From an uncultured Gemmatimonadales bacterium (GTDB lineage: Bacteria > Gemmatimonadota > Gemmatimonadetes > Gemmatimonadales > GWC2-71-9), in assembly GCA_963836815.1 (NCBI GenBank), contig CAWILD010000012.1, positions 473,812 through 537,811 on the forward strand: a DNA stretch of 64,000 nt, written 5' to 3'. Shown here in pieces: positions 49,574-59,161 of the stretch; the first letter of the stretch is position 1, and each line of letters opens with the position of its first letter. Below the pieces are notes generated by a model. The model saw nothing but the letters and a program-made list of their open reading frames with translations. It made no database searches and was not told where the DNA came from. The position numbers and the translations under genes were made by a program.

Positions 49574-50146
49574 ATGACGATCCACAGAATCCGCCTGCTC
49601 GGCGATCCCATCCTTCGGACCAAGTGCGAGCCGATCACGAAGCCCGGCTCCACCGCCGGTCGGGTGATTCTGGACGACATGCGGGAAACGCTGATGGACT
49701 GGCAATCCCGATTCGGGAGTGGTCGCGGGATTGCCGCCCCGCAGATCGGGGCTCCGGTCCGGATGGTCTGCATCGAGATGGACAAGCCCTGGGTGCTGAT
49801 CAATCCCGAGATCATCGACATCGGCAACGAGGACTTCGAGGTCTGGGACGACTGTTTCTCCTTTCCGAATCTGCTCGTCCGGGTGTCCCGCGCGTACCGG
49901 ATCCGGGTTCGATACCAGAACCCCAAGGGCGAATGGAACGAGGTCGACCTGGAAGGTGACCGGGCCGAGCTGGTGCAGCACGAGATCGATCACCTCGACG
50001 GAGTACTCGCCGTGGATCGGCCGTCCGGCCTCGATCCGTTCTGTCTTCGTGAGGAGTGGCACCGCCAGCACGGGCCGAATGGACGGTATGGGACACCCGA
50101 GCCGCGCAGCGAGAGCTACGCGTCGCCGATTTCGGATTCGATGTAA
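49574..50146 (+). CDS. def: peptide deformylase (divergent motif 2)
   Basis: 190-aa ORF. Motif 1 is GIAAPQIG and motif 3 is HEIDHLDG. Motif 2 reads DDCFSFP instead of EGCLS. Confidence 0.8.
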   Translation: MTIHRIRLLGDPILRTKCEPITKPGSTAGRVILDDMRETLMDWQSRFGSGRGIAAPQIGAPVRMVCIEMDKPWVLINPEIIDIGNEDFEVWDDCFSFPNLLVRVSRAYRIRVRYQNPKGEWNEVDLEGDRAELVQHEIDHLDGVLAVDRPSGLDPFCLREEWHRQHGPNGRYGTPEPRSESYASPISDSM

Positions 50147-50152
50147 CCGCCT

Positions 50153-52226
50153 CTAGAACCAGCTTCCCAGTCTGACCACCACCGCCCCACGGTCTTCGGT
50201 CGAGTAGCCGTACTCGAACCGAACGGGTCCCACCGGCGTGTCGGCTCCGACGCCGGCCCGCACGCCACCGACCCAACCGTCGCCGCCCAGCAAACTCCCG
50301 CCGAAGGCGGTTCGCCCGGTAGCCAACTGCGAGGCGGCCCTCCAGTGGCGCCTTGAGCGGGAATGTCAGCCACGCTCCCGCCATTACTTCGCGGTCGCCC
50401 CGACGCTCGCCGATGTGGAGCCCGGGAAATCCGTCCTGGCCGCCGAGCGGGAATGTGGCTTGAAGCGGAAGGTCTTCCCCCCAGCCGAGCCGAAGCTGGG
50501 GGATCAGCCGCAACGGGCCCATCTTGCCGACGACCTCGCCTTCGAGCGCTGCTCTGGAATACACGCCGGTGAACAGGAGCTCGGCCAGCGCCACTTGCCC
50601 GCGACTGCGGCTCGCCCGCGTCATTCTGGCCACCAGCCCGAGCGTGGAGAGCTCTCGATCGGGCTCTTCCCAGGCATGGCCGACCAGTCCGGCGGCAAGC
50701 TGCCAACCGTTCGGCAGGCTGCGCTCCGCGCCAAGAAATCCTATCGCCTCTCGGGTATCGGCCGAAGGCAGCTCCTCGCCATCGTCCTGGAACTGACGGA
50801 CGTCCTCGAGCATGAGGCGCACCGTCAAGGTCGGGTTGAAGAGCTGACGTCCAACCTGGTAGTTGCGCCGCAAGCCGGCGTACAGCTCCTGACGGAGCTC
50901 TTCCACGAATACGGCGGCGCTCCCCTCGAGGGCCAGTCCTAGAAAGCGCCGGTCCACCAGACCGGCCCACATCCGTCCGCCCAGCTCGTTGTCATAGGCC
51001 AGGCCCAGACCAGCGACCCGGGGGGAGGCGCGCCGGAGCGCGAGGTCGAAACTCACCGAGTCGCCCCCGCCAGCGGGGCGCAGCCAGACCGATCGGTAGG
51101 CCTCGCTGGCCAGGCCGAGATAGCGAAGGCGTTTCCGAAGCAGGTCGGCGTCCAGGGTGTCGCTCAGTCCCAGGCCGAGGAGCCGCTCGAGGGCGAGTCG
51201 CTCGGAGGCATTGGCGTCCGACATGGTCACACCGGTCACGCGTCTCGGGAGCGTGGTGTCGCGTGCGGCGGCGTGATGGCCGGCCGAGCCCGATGCGCAG
51301 TGGAATCGCGCCAGGGTCGTGTCGGCCGCGCGGCGGCCGCGGTCGAGGATGGCGACGACGCTCCGCTTGCCGAAGTCGAGGCTCTTGAAACCCTCGATGT
51401 CCGGGCGAATCAGGAGATCGCCGTCGCGCAGCGAATCCACGGGCTGATCGAAGAGGAAGCCCACCAGCCGATCGGCGATGATGAGCGGGTCATCGACGTC
51501 GATGCTGTCGGCCGGATGCTCGGTCGCATCGGAGACGAGGACGACCTGGGCGCCCTCCTCGCGTGCGATCCTGATGGGAATGTTGGCGGAGAGTCCGCCG
51601 TCGATGAGGAACCTTCCATCGACCCACTCGGGCGCGAAGACCAGGGGAATGGCGGCGCTCGCCCTGACGGCCTGGGCCAGGTCGCCCGACGACAGGACCA
51701 CGATCTCCCGGTGGGACAGATCGGTGGCGACGGCGCGGAAGGGGACGAGCAGGGAATCGAAGTTCCCCCGGGCGATCAGATTCCCCTTGAGCATCGCCGC
51801 GTTCACCAGAGCGTTGACCTCCGCCTCGAGGACCGATGCGCTCTTGAGGTTGAAGCGACGCTTCCCCTGCTCCCACACGACCAGCGGCCGCAGGATGCCG
51901 AGCGAGCGGGGCGCCTGGGGCTCGTAGGTCCGGAAGAGCTCGCTCAGCGGCAGCTCCCGGGCGAGCGAGTCCAGCTCCCGACCGCTGTAGCCACTGGCAT
52001 ACAGCGCACCCAAGATGGCGCCCATGCTGGTGCCGACGATCAGATCGGGCCGCAGGCCGAGACTGTCCAGCGCGCGGAGGACACCGATGTGGGCGAGACC
52101 CTTGGCGCCGCCTCCGGAGAGGACCAGGGCGGTCCGTCGCGAATGGCACTCTTGTGCCTGCACCGGCGGGGCGGATGACGCGGCGAGCGAGGCCGAGATC
52201 AGCAGGAAACACAACGGCCGAAGCAT
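50153..52226 (-). CDS. patatin-like phospholipase fused to an Omp85-type beta-barrel (PlpD/type Vd-like; one apparent frameshift)
   Basis: ATG 52226 gives the signal peptide [24 protein letters not shown]. The patatin domain has GGGAKG, GTSMG (GxSxG) and DGG. The barrel continues in ORF 49812..52346(-) until about 50315. It then continues in a third frame ending ..[25 protein letters not shown] (stop 50153-50155). Confidence 0.8.
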
Positions 52227-52345
52227 TGCCGTACAAGATACATCGCACCCCTTGCGCCACCCCATCAGTGTTCGTATACCTTGCAGACGTGCGACCATCC
52301 GGCCGGGCAATTGAGCCGGCCGCCATCGTCGGAGGAGCCGCAGCA

Positions 52346-52609
<264 letters not shown>

Positions 52610-52637
52610 GGCCGGCACTGGCGCGAGCCGAAACAGC

Positions 52638-52671
52638 AAACCCTCCGGTCATCCGGAGGGTTTCTCATTTT
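52638..52671 (+). terminator. rho-independent terminator of the ferredoxin gene
   Basis: AAACCCTCCGG-TCAT-CCGGAGGGTTT followed by CTCATTTTC. Confidence 0.7.
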
Positions 52672-52808
52672 CGGCGCAAAGAAGAGCGACCCCAAGGCCC
52701 GTATATTCATTGGCCGCGAGCCCGGGGTCGTCTAGTGGAGGGACTGCTGACGGGACCGGTGTCTCGGTGTCCGTCTCCTCCTACAACGTCGCGGCCGGGG
52801 CAAAGGTT

Positions 52809-54015
52809 TCAGGGAATCGCGCGCAGGAACTCGAGCAGCGCGTGGGTCGTCGCCGTCGGGCGCTCGAGGGGCGGAATGTGGGCGGCACCCGGGATCACGA
52901 CGAGACGGGCCCCGGGAATGGCCTCCGCCATCGCCCGCGCGCGGGCCGGCGGTATCACCTCGTCCTCTTCGCCGACGAGAATGAGGGTGGGCAGTCCATC
53001 GAGGTCCGCGAGATCCGCGGTACTGTCGGGCCGGTCCCGCATGGCGCCCAGCGCGCCGACGATCCCGGGCACCGGGGTGGCCGCGACCATGGCGCGCACC
53101 TGCTCGACGATCTCCGGCTCCTCGGTGCGGGTGGATGGCCCGACCAGCTTCGGGACCATGCTTTCGGCGATGGCCGACGGCGCCGCCTTCCCGCGCGGTG
53201 GCGGCCGCCGAGTCCCGCGCTCGCTTGCCCTCGGGGGTGTCCGCCTCGGCCCGCGTGTCCATGAGCACCAGTCCCCGTACCCGCCTCCGCCACCGACGGA
53301 GAAATTCGAAGGCGATGTAGCCGCCCATCGAAAGGCCGCACAGCACCACCTCGTCCACGCCGAGCGCGTCCAGCAGGGCCGCGAGATCCCCCGCGTAGGT
53401 CTCGATGCTGTATCCCAGGTCGGGCGCGTCGGATTGCCCCATCCCTCGAAGGTCCGGCGCGATCCGGCGAAACCCATCGAGCACGGCCATCGGATGGGCC
53501 CAGATGGAGCGGTCCATCGGATAGCCGTGAATGAACAGCACGCTGGGACCTTCGCCCCGCACCTCGACGGCGAGGTTCACGCCGTTCACGGTGAGGCGCT
53601 GGGCATCCGCTCCGGCCTTCCGCGGGCTCATGAAGTCGCTGAACTCCCGCGGCACCGCGACGGGCCGGCCGTCCCGATTGACGCAGACGAACACGAATTC
53701 GGCGGTCGCGATCAGGGTGTCGTCGCGGACGCGGCGCGCCGTCTGGCGCATGGTGAAGCTGGTGCGCCCATGATGGGTGAGGGCCTGCTGAAACCGCAGG
53801 ACGTCCCCGGGGAAGGCGGCCGCGTGGTAGTCGATCACCGTCTTTCGCACCGCGGGCCACGCCCCCGATCGGGTGAACACATCCCAGCCCGGACCTCGCA
53901 TCAGCATCTCCCATCGAGCCCGCTCGAAGAGACTGAGGAACGAGGCCTGGTTGAGATGACCGAACGCGTCGCATTCGTCGGGGTAGACGGGGAGATCGAT
54001 TTCGGGCAGGGCCAT
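52809..54015 (-). CDS. 4HBT thioesterase fused to alpha/beta hydrolase (one apparent frameshift)
   Basis: ATG 54015 (MALPEIDL..). The YbgC-like segment is YPDECDAFGHLNQASF. The hydrolase has FIHGYP and GLSMGG (GxSxG) in ORF 52732..54057(-). Its C-terminal third is in ORF 52809..53477(-) (..LILVGEEDEVIP..GAAHIPPLE..). The break lies near 53180-53195. Confidence 0.7.
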
Positions 54016-54122
54016 GGCGAGATCACTGGCAGTGGACAGAGGGCCGTGTCGGAGCAAGATAGATATACTACAGCATTCCGAGCCGGTGAGCCGACTTCCC
54101 TACCGCCAACCGCCCACTCCCA

Positions 54123-54293
54123 ATGAAACCCCAGACCGACTACATCCGCCACGCCGCGCGCCTCGCGCGAAAGCTTCAGATGGACCAGGCGATGGGCGGC
54201 ACCGCCCAGCCCGATGCCGAGTTCTGGAAGGCGCTGTCGAAGGCGTTCGACGAAATCGCGGCCGGGCTGGATCTGGTCTCGAAGGCCGAGTGA
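54123..54293 (+). CDS. hypothetical 56-aa protein (below ORF-track cutoff)
   Basis: ATG 54123 to TGA 54291-54293: MKPQTDYIRHAARLARKLQMDQAMGGTAQPDAEFWKALSKAFDEIAAGLDLVSKAE. High GC3. The stop lies 4 nt before the rnd GTG. Confidence 0.35.
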   Translation: MKPQTDYIRHAARLARKLQMDQAMGGTAQPDAEFWKALSKAFDEIAAGLDLVSKAE

Positions 54294-54297
54294 CCGG

Positions 54298-55426
54298 GTG
54301 CAGTTGATTCAAACTCGGGCGGAGCTGGACGACGCTCGTCACCCGGCTTCGCGGCGAGCCGCTTCTCGCCGTGGACACCGAAGCGGCGAGCTTTCACCGT
54401 TACCACGATCGCGTCTACCTGCTGCAGATCTCCTCCCGGAGCGAGACCGCGGTGGTGGATCCGCTCGGGGTGGGGACTCTCGCGCCCCTGGCCGAACCAC
54501 TGGGCGATCCTGCGGTAGAGATCGTGTTTCACGACGCGGACTACGACCTGCGACTGCTGGATCGGGAGTACGGGTTCGGCGCGACCAATCTGTTCGACAC
54601 GCGCGTGGCGGCTCAACTGCTCAATGAGCCGGGCGTTGGCCTGGCCGCGCTGCTGGAGAAGTATTTCGCCGTCAAGCTGGACAAGCGTTTCCAACGGGCC
54701 GACTGGTCGGCCCGCCCGCTTTCGCCGGCGATGCTCGAGTACGCCGCCGCGGACACCCGCAACCTGCCCCAGCTCAGAGACATCCTCCGGGAGCGGCTGC
54801 GGGAGAAAGGCCGGCTCGAGTGGGCGGAAGAGGAGTTTGCGCTCCTCAGCCAGATCCGTGGAGTGCCGGCGGACGGCGGGGAGCCGGGCTGGCTGCGGGT
54901 GAAAGGGGCGAAGGCCCTGCGAGGGCGTGAGCTCGCGGTGCTCCGGGAGCTGTGGGGGTGGCGGGAGGCGACCGCAGAGCGAGCCGATCGCGCCACCTTC
55001 CGGATACTCAACAACGAGCCGATGCTCGTGATGGCGAAGCAGCCCCCGGCCGACGCCGCGGCTCTCCGTGCGATCCCTGGAGTCAGTGCCGATCAGGTCG
55101 AGCGACGGGGGCGAGACATCCTGGGCGCGGTGCGGCGCGCTCTCGAGATCCCCGAGGCCGAGCTTCCTCGGCTGGAGCGGCCACCCCGGCGCCGACCGGA
55201 ACCCGCGTTGGAGGCGCGGCTCGAACGGCTCAAGGTGATCCGCAACCAGCTCGCGGCGAAATACGATCTGCCGCCGGGGGTGCTCTGTCCCAACGGAACC
55301 CTGGAGACCATCGCCCAGGTGAATCCCGCCACACTCGAGGAGCTCGGCAGGATCCGGGAGCTTCGGCGCTGGCAGCTCAAGGAGCTCGGTCCCGAGCTGC
55401 TGCAGGCAGTGAAGGGGACCGGCTAG
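54298..55426 (+). CDS. rnd: ribonuclease D (one apparent frameshift near the 5' end)
   Basis: GTG 54298 (VQLIQTRAELDDA) is in the frame of ORF 54214..54627. The gene then continues LVTRLRGEPLLAVDTEAASF.. into ORF 54371..55426. DEDD motifs are DTEAAS, FHDADYDL and YAAADT, with a C-terminal HRDC. The break lies at about 54335-54340. Confidence 0.8.
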
Positions 55427-56218
55427 CCGCGCTTCGGAAACTCCAACGGCTGCCCGGTCTCCAGCAGGGTCTTCAGGCCGTCGAAGATCGGAGTCCAACC
55501 CTCCCGCACCATCCTGTACGTCTCGGTCTCGCCATCGAAGCCTTCGTGCGTCAGGGTGAGCTTCACCAGGTTACCCACCGGCTCGAGCTCATAGGTGACG
55601 CGGGTCGGCTCATCGGGAGTCGCCGACGAAGGCAAAGGTGTGGACCAGCCGGCGCGGCGGATCGGCCTCCAGCACCTTACCCGTGATGACGGTCGTTCGA
55701 GCGCCGTCCGTCCCGACCTGATGGTACTCGAGCGGCGACCCGACCTTGAGGTCGGACACGATCTCCGTGCCGTAGTAGTACTGGCGCGAGAGCTCGGGCC
55801 GGGTGAGCGCTTCCCACAGCCGCTCGGGCGTCGTGCGGATATGGACCACGTGCACGTGCTGGACCTGCGTGGCTGCCGGCATGACCTGATCCTCCCCTTC
55901 GAGTTGATACTTCAAGGACGTCAGCTGCGCCGCCCAGAGGGCGCTGTACTGTGAGATCCAGCGGTCGTGGATGGTCTGGATCGGCACGGCGTTCAGGTAG
56001 AGTCGCTTGGATTTCCCCTCCCTCCTGTGCACCACCAGACCGACCTCCTCCAGGATCCTGAGGTGCTTCATGACGGCGAACCGGCTGAAGGAGAACCGCT
56101 CGCCCAGTTCTCCGACGGTGGTGCCAGGCCGGGCCTTGAGGAGGTCGAGGATCCGCCGGCGGCTGGGGTCGGCGAGGGCCCGGAAGAGGGGGTCGAGGTC
56201 ATGGGACTCGGATGTCAT
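55423..56218 (-). CDS. ArsR-family HTH regulator fused to SRPBCC/AHSA1 domain (one apparent frameshift)
   Basis: ORF 55610..56218(-) carries the wHTH (RRRILDLL..VGELGERFSFSRFAVMKHLRILEEVGLV) and the start of the SRPBCC domain. The C-terminus is in ORF 55423..55635(-). The break at about 55620 is repaired by removing one C. Confidence 0.75.
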
Positions 56219-56236
56219 GTGACTATACGGTCACAT
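56217..56236. promoter_or_regulatory. candidate ArsR-type operator palindrome
   Basis: ATGTGAC-N6-GTCACAT is a perfect 7-bp inverted repeat. On the gene strand its last two bases are the AT of the ATG start codon of the ArsR-SRPBCC gene. Confidence 0.35.
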
Positions 56237-56334
56237 ATTACGCGTTGGCGTGCGGCCGTCAAGAGCCACTCCTCATGGAAGTGGCGCTTTACTCAGCCTG
56301 TTACTGCTGTGATGGTGTCGTTGATTACTGCGGA

Positions 56335-56640
56335 CTAGAACCCCAGAAACGCCCTCACCCGAGGATCCATCTTCTCCGGCGTCCAGTACGGATCCCAGAC
56401 CAGCTCCACCTCGACGCTCTTCACCCCCTCGAGATCCCCGGTGACCGACTTGACGTCGTCAATGATCTCCGTGCCGGCCGGGCAGCCGGGCGAGGTCAGC
56501 GTCATCCGCACCCGCACGTCACCCTCCTCGCTCACGTCGACGTCGTACACCAGCCCGATGTCGATGATGTTGAGGTTGAGCTCGGGATCCTTCACGGCCC
56601 GAAGGGCCTTGCGGACGGTATCGGGGGTGGGGGCTGGCAT
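56335..56640 (-). CDS. DUF59 (SufT/MIP18-like) Fe-S assembly-associated protein
   Basis: Tail of ORF 56335..57624(-) from ATG 56640. ..VKDPELNLNIIDIGLVYDV..VRMTLTSPGCPA.. is the canonical DUF59 core with the conserved Cys. Confidence 0.8.
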   Translation of the reverse strand: MPAPTPDTVRKALRAVKDPELNLNIIDIGLVYDVDVSEEGDVRVRMTLTSPGCPAGTEIIDDVKSVTGDLEGVKSVEVELVWDPYWTPEKMDPRVRAFLGF

Positions 56641-56687
56641 GGGCGCGGTCCTTCCTCTGAGCGGTATCGGTCCTCTCTCAAAGGTAA

Positions 56688-57866
56688 CTAGCAGCGCGAG
56701 ACCAGGTCCTGGGCACAGGCGTGGGGCACCAGGCTGATGGCCGCGTCGGAGACCGCGGTCCGCACCACCTTCATCTCCTTGAGCGAGTCCGGCGCCTTGG
56801 GGTCGAAGGTTCGGTTGGTGAGAAAGACCAGGAAGAGGTCGTGGGTCGGGTCGATCCACAGCTCGGTGCCGGTGAAGCCGGTGTGCCCGTACGCCGACTT
56901 GCTGATCAGCGTCCCGAAGATGCTGGGCTCCTCCCCATACACGTCCGGCGTATCCCAGGCCAGGGCCCGGGTCCCGCTCTTTGGCCCCACCGCGAGAAAG
57001 TTCGCCATGGTTTCCGGCCGAACCCACCTTCCCTCGGGCCCCATGCCATTGCGAAGCCAGACCTGGGCGAACCGGGCAAGATCGTTCGCCGTAGTGAACA
57101 CCCCGGCGTGCCCCGCGACCCCGCCGAACGCCGCCGCATTCTGGTCGTTCACATCCCCGGGAACCGGCTGGCCTCGCCAGATCCCGCTGGGGACGGTTCG
57201 GCTGCGCAGCCGGGCGGACGGCTTGTACATCGTCTGAGTCATGCCGAGCGGCTTGAAGACTTCGCGGGCGGCGGCACGGTCGAGCGGCAGCTGCGTCACC
57301 TTCTCGATGATGAGACCGAGGAGGAGGGCGTTGAGGTCGCTGTACTGGGCCGAGTCGCCGGGCACCCGGAGGAGGGGCTGCGCATAGAGCAGGTTGATCG
57401 CGCGCTGGCGACTGCGGCCGGATTTCCTGTAGATAGGCACGTAGCTCTTCAGCCCGCTGGTGTGATCCAGCAGCATCCGTACCGTGACCTGATTCTTGAG
57501 CCCGCCCGAGAACCGCGGAAGGTAGCGCCGAACCGGCGCATCGAGATTCAGTTTTCCCGCGTCCACCAGGCGAAGCGCCGTGGCTCCGGTGGAGACCACC
57601 TTGGTGATCGAGGCGATGTCCCACAGCGTCGAATCGGCGGTGGGAACCCGAGTAGTGGGGTCCCAGGTGTAGTGCCCATACCCGCGACTATAGAGAATCG
57701 AGTCCCGCCGCCCGATGAGGACGACCGCACCGGGATAGACGCCGCGCGAGATCCCGTCGCGGACCGCCTCGTCCACCCGTTCGAACGATTGCGCCGCCCC
57801 GGGGGTAGCAAAGAGAGTCACCGCCAGCACCCCTGTTATCGCGCCACACCGCGACCACGGAATCAT
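56688..57866 (-). CDS. serine hydrolase, beta-lactamase/PBP4-like family (secreted)
   Basis: ORF 56688..57890(-), probable ATG 57866 with a signal peptide. SxxK = SITK, YSD, and HTGFTG near the C-terminus. Confidence 0.8.
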   Translation of the reverse strand: MIPWSRCGAITGVLAVTLFATPGAAQSFERVDEAVRDGISRGVYPGAVVLIGRRDSILYSRGYGHYTWDPTTRVPTADSTLWDIASITKVVSTGATALRLVDAGKLNLDAPVRRYLPRFSGGLKNQVTVRMLLDHTSGLKSYVPIYRKSGRSRQRAINLLYAQPLLRVPGDSAQYSDLNALLLGLIIEKVTQLPLDRAAAREVFKPLGMTQTMYKPSARLRSRTVPSGIWRGQPVPGDVNDQNAAAFGGVAGHAGVFTTANDLARFAQVWLRNGMGPEGRWVRPETMANFLAVGPKSGTRALAWDTPDVYGEEPSIFGTLISKSAYGHTGFTGTELWIDPTHDLFLVFLTNRTFDPKAPDSLKEMKVVRTAVSDAAISLVPHACAQDLVSRC

Positions 57867-58226
57867 GAATCTCCCCTGCCCGAGATGCACAGCTGTTCAA
57901 ACTTGGCTCGAATCGGCTCGGCGATTCAACCCGGTCGGCTGGGGTCACCGTCCTCGCCCTCGCAGGCTGCGGTCCAAGGAGCCCGATGCCGTTAACCCCG
58001 CGGGCGGACGCCTCGCCGCGGCCTATCTTGCCGCGGAATGCCGCAGACTCGGGTTCGAGCCGCTCGGCCTCACGGGCTATGACCAGGATTCGGCTATCGA
58101 GCAGGCAACGATCGTGCCCGGCTCACGGCCCCGGTGATTCATGGAGCGAGTGTTTTCCGTTCGGTGGGATCGGCAGGTACGCGGATTTCACGGCGCGGTG
58201 ATACGGCGGTTGGACCAGCGATCCCG

Positions 58227-59030
58227 CTATCTGACCCCGACCTCGCCGACCGGCCCGGGAGGCAGGCGGTAGAGCACCTTGATCGTGCGCCGGTCGCGCT
58301 CCGTCAGGGTTCCGGTCCGGGTCGCGGGGTACATGACGTCGCTGCTGTCGGCCGAGTGGGGCAGGCCGATAGCGTGTCCGGCCTCGTGGACGGCGACGGC
58401 GAAGAGCGCGGCCTCTGGCAGCGGCGTGCCGTTCTGGGTGTGCAGAGCCAGCGAGATCGTGGCGCGCCTCACTCGGCCGAGCTGATCCCAGGTGAGATCC
58501 GTCTGGCCGGCGCGATCGAAGTCGAACCGATCGATCCAGCGGACCAGAACGTCGGCCTCGGCGGAGTCGGAGACCATCTCGAAACGTACGCCGACCCCGG
58601 TCTGCTCCCACCGATCGAACGCTTCGCGGGCGAACTCGGCCATCCGCGGGGAATAGCCCGGTGCGCCACCCTCGATCAGAAAGACCCGTAGCGGCGTCCC
58701 CCACCTGTCGGGCCAGCGCCTCACCACCGAATCGGTGCTCACAATCAGCGAATCGAGGTAGGTGCCATCGGCCTCCCGGGTGAGCTGCTCCCGGGTCATG
58801 GTCCGAAGCCCTCGCTCTCCCACCTCGGCGGCGAACTGGCCGACGGCCCGTTCCACACCCACATCTTCGCCCGCCGCTTGCACATCGGCCCTGGCCGCCC
58901 GGGTGTCGGTCGCCCCCTGAATGGCACGATTCTCGGGCCCGCGCCGATGGTCTCGCAACCCGGCGACGCGGTCCGCAAGAACCAGCACGAGGAGACCCAT
59001 GGTCACAAGGGGCAACGGCCGAACTCTCAT
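58227..59030 (-). CDS. matrixin-family zinc metalloprotease (secreted)
   Basis: 267-aa ORF with an N-terminal hydrophobic anchor. HEAGHAIGLPH matches HExxHxxGxxH, and a Met-turn (VMYP) follows. Confidence 0.8.
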   Translation of the reverse strand: MRVRPLPLVTMGLLVLVLADRVAGLRDHRRGPENRAIQGATDTRAARADVQAAGEDVGVERAVGQFAAEVGERGLRTMTREQLTREADGTYLDSLIVSTDSVVRRWPDRWGTPLRVFLIEGGAPGYSPRMAEFAREAFDRWEQTGVGVRFEMVSDSAEADVLVRWIDRFDFDRAGQTDLTWDQLGRVRRATISLALHTQNGTPLPEAALFAVAVHEAGHAIGLPHSADSSDVMYPATRTGTLTERDRRTIKVLYRLPPGPVGEVGVR

Positions 59031-59161
59031 GATCTGAGTTTACGGGCAAACGGCGCGCCAGGCCACCGGCGCCGCTGGCGCGCACCTGCTGGCACGCCTA
59101 ACATTTGGCCACCCGCGCCCGACCTTGCCGGCGCCGCAGTCCGGAGGAGCCACTGAGATTG

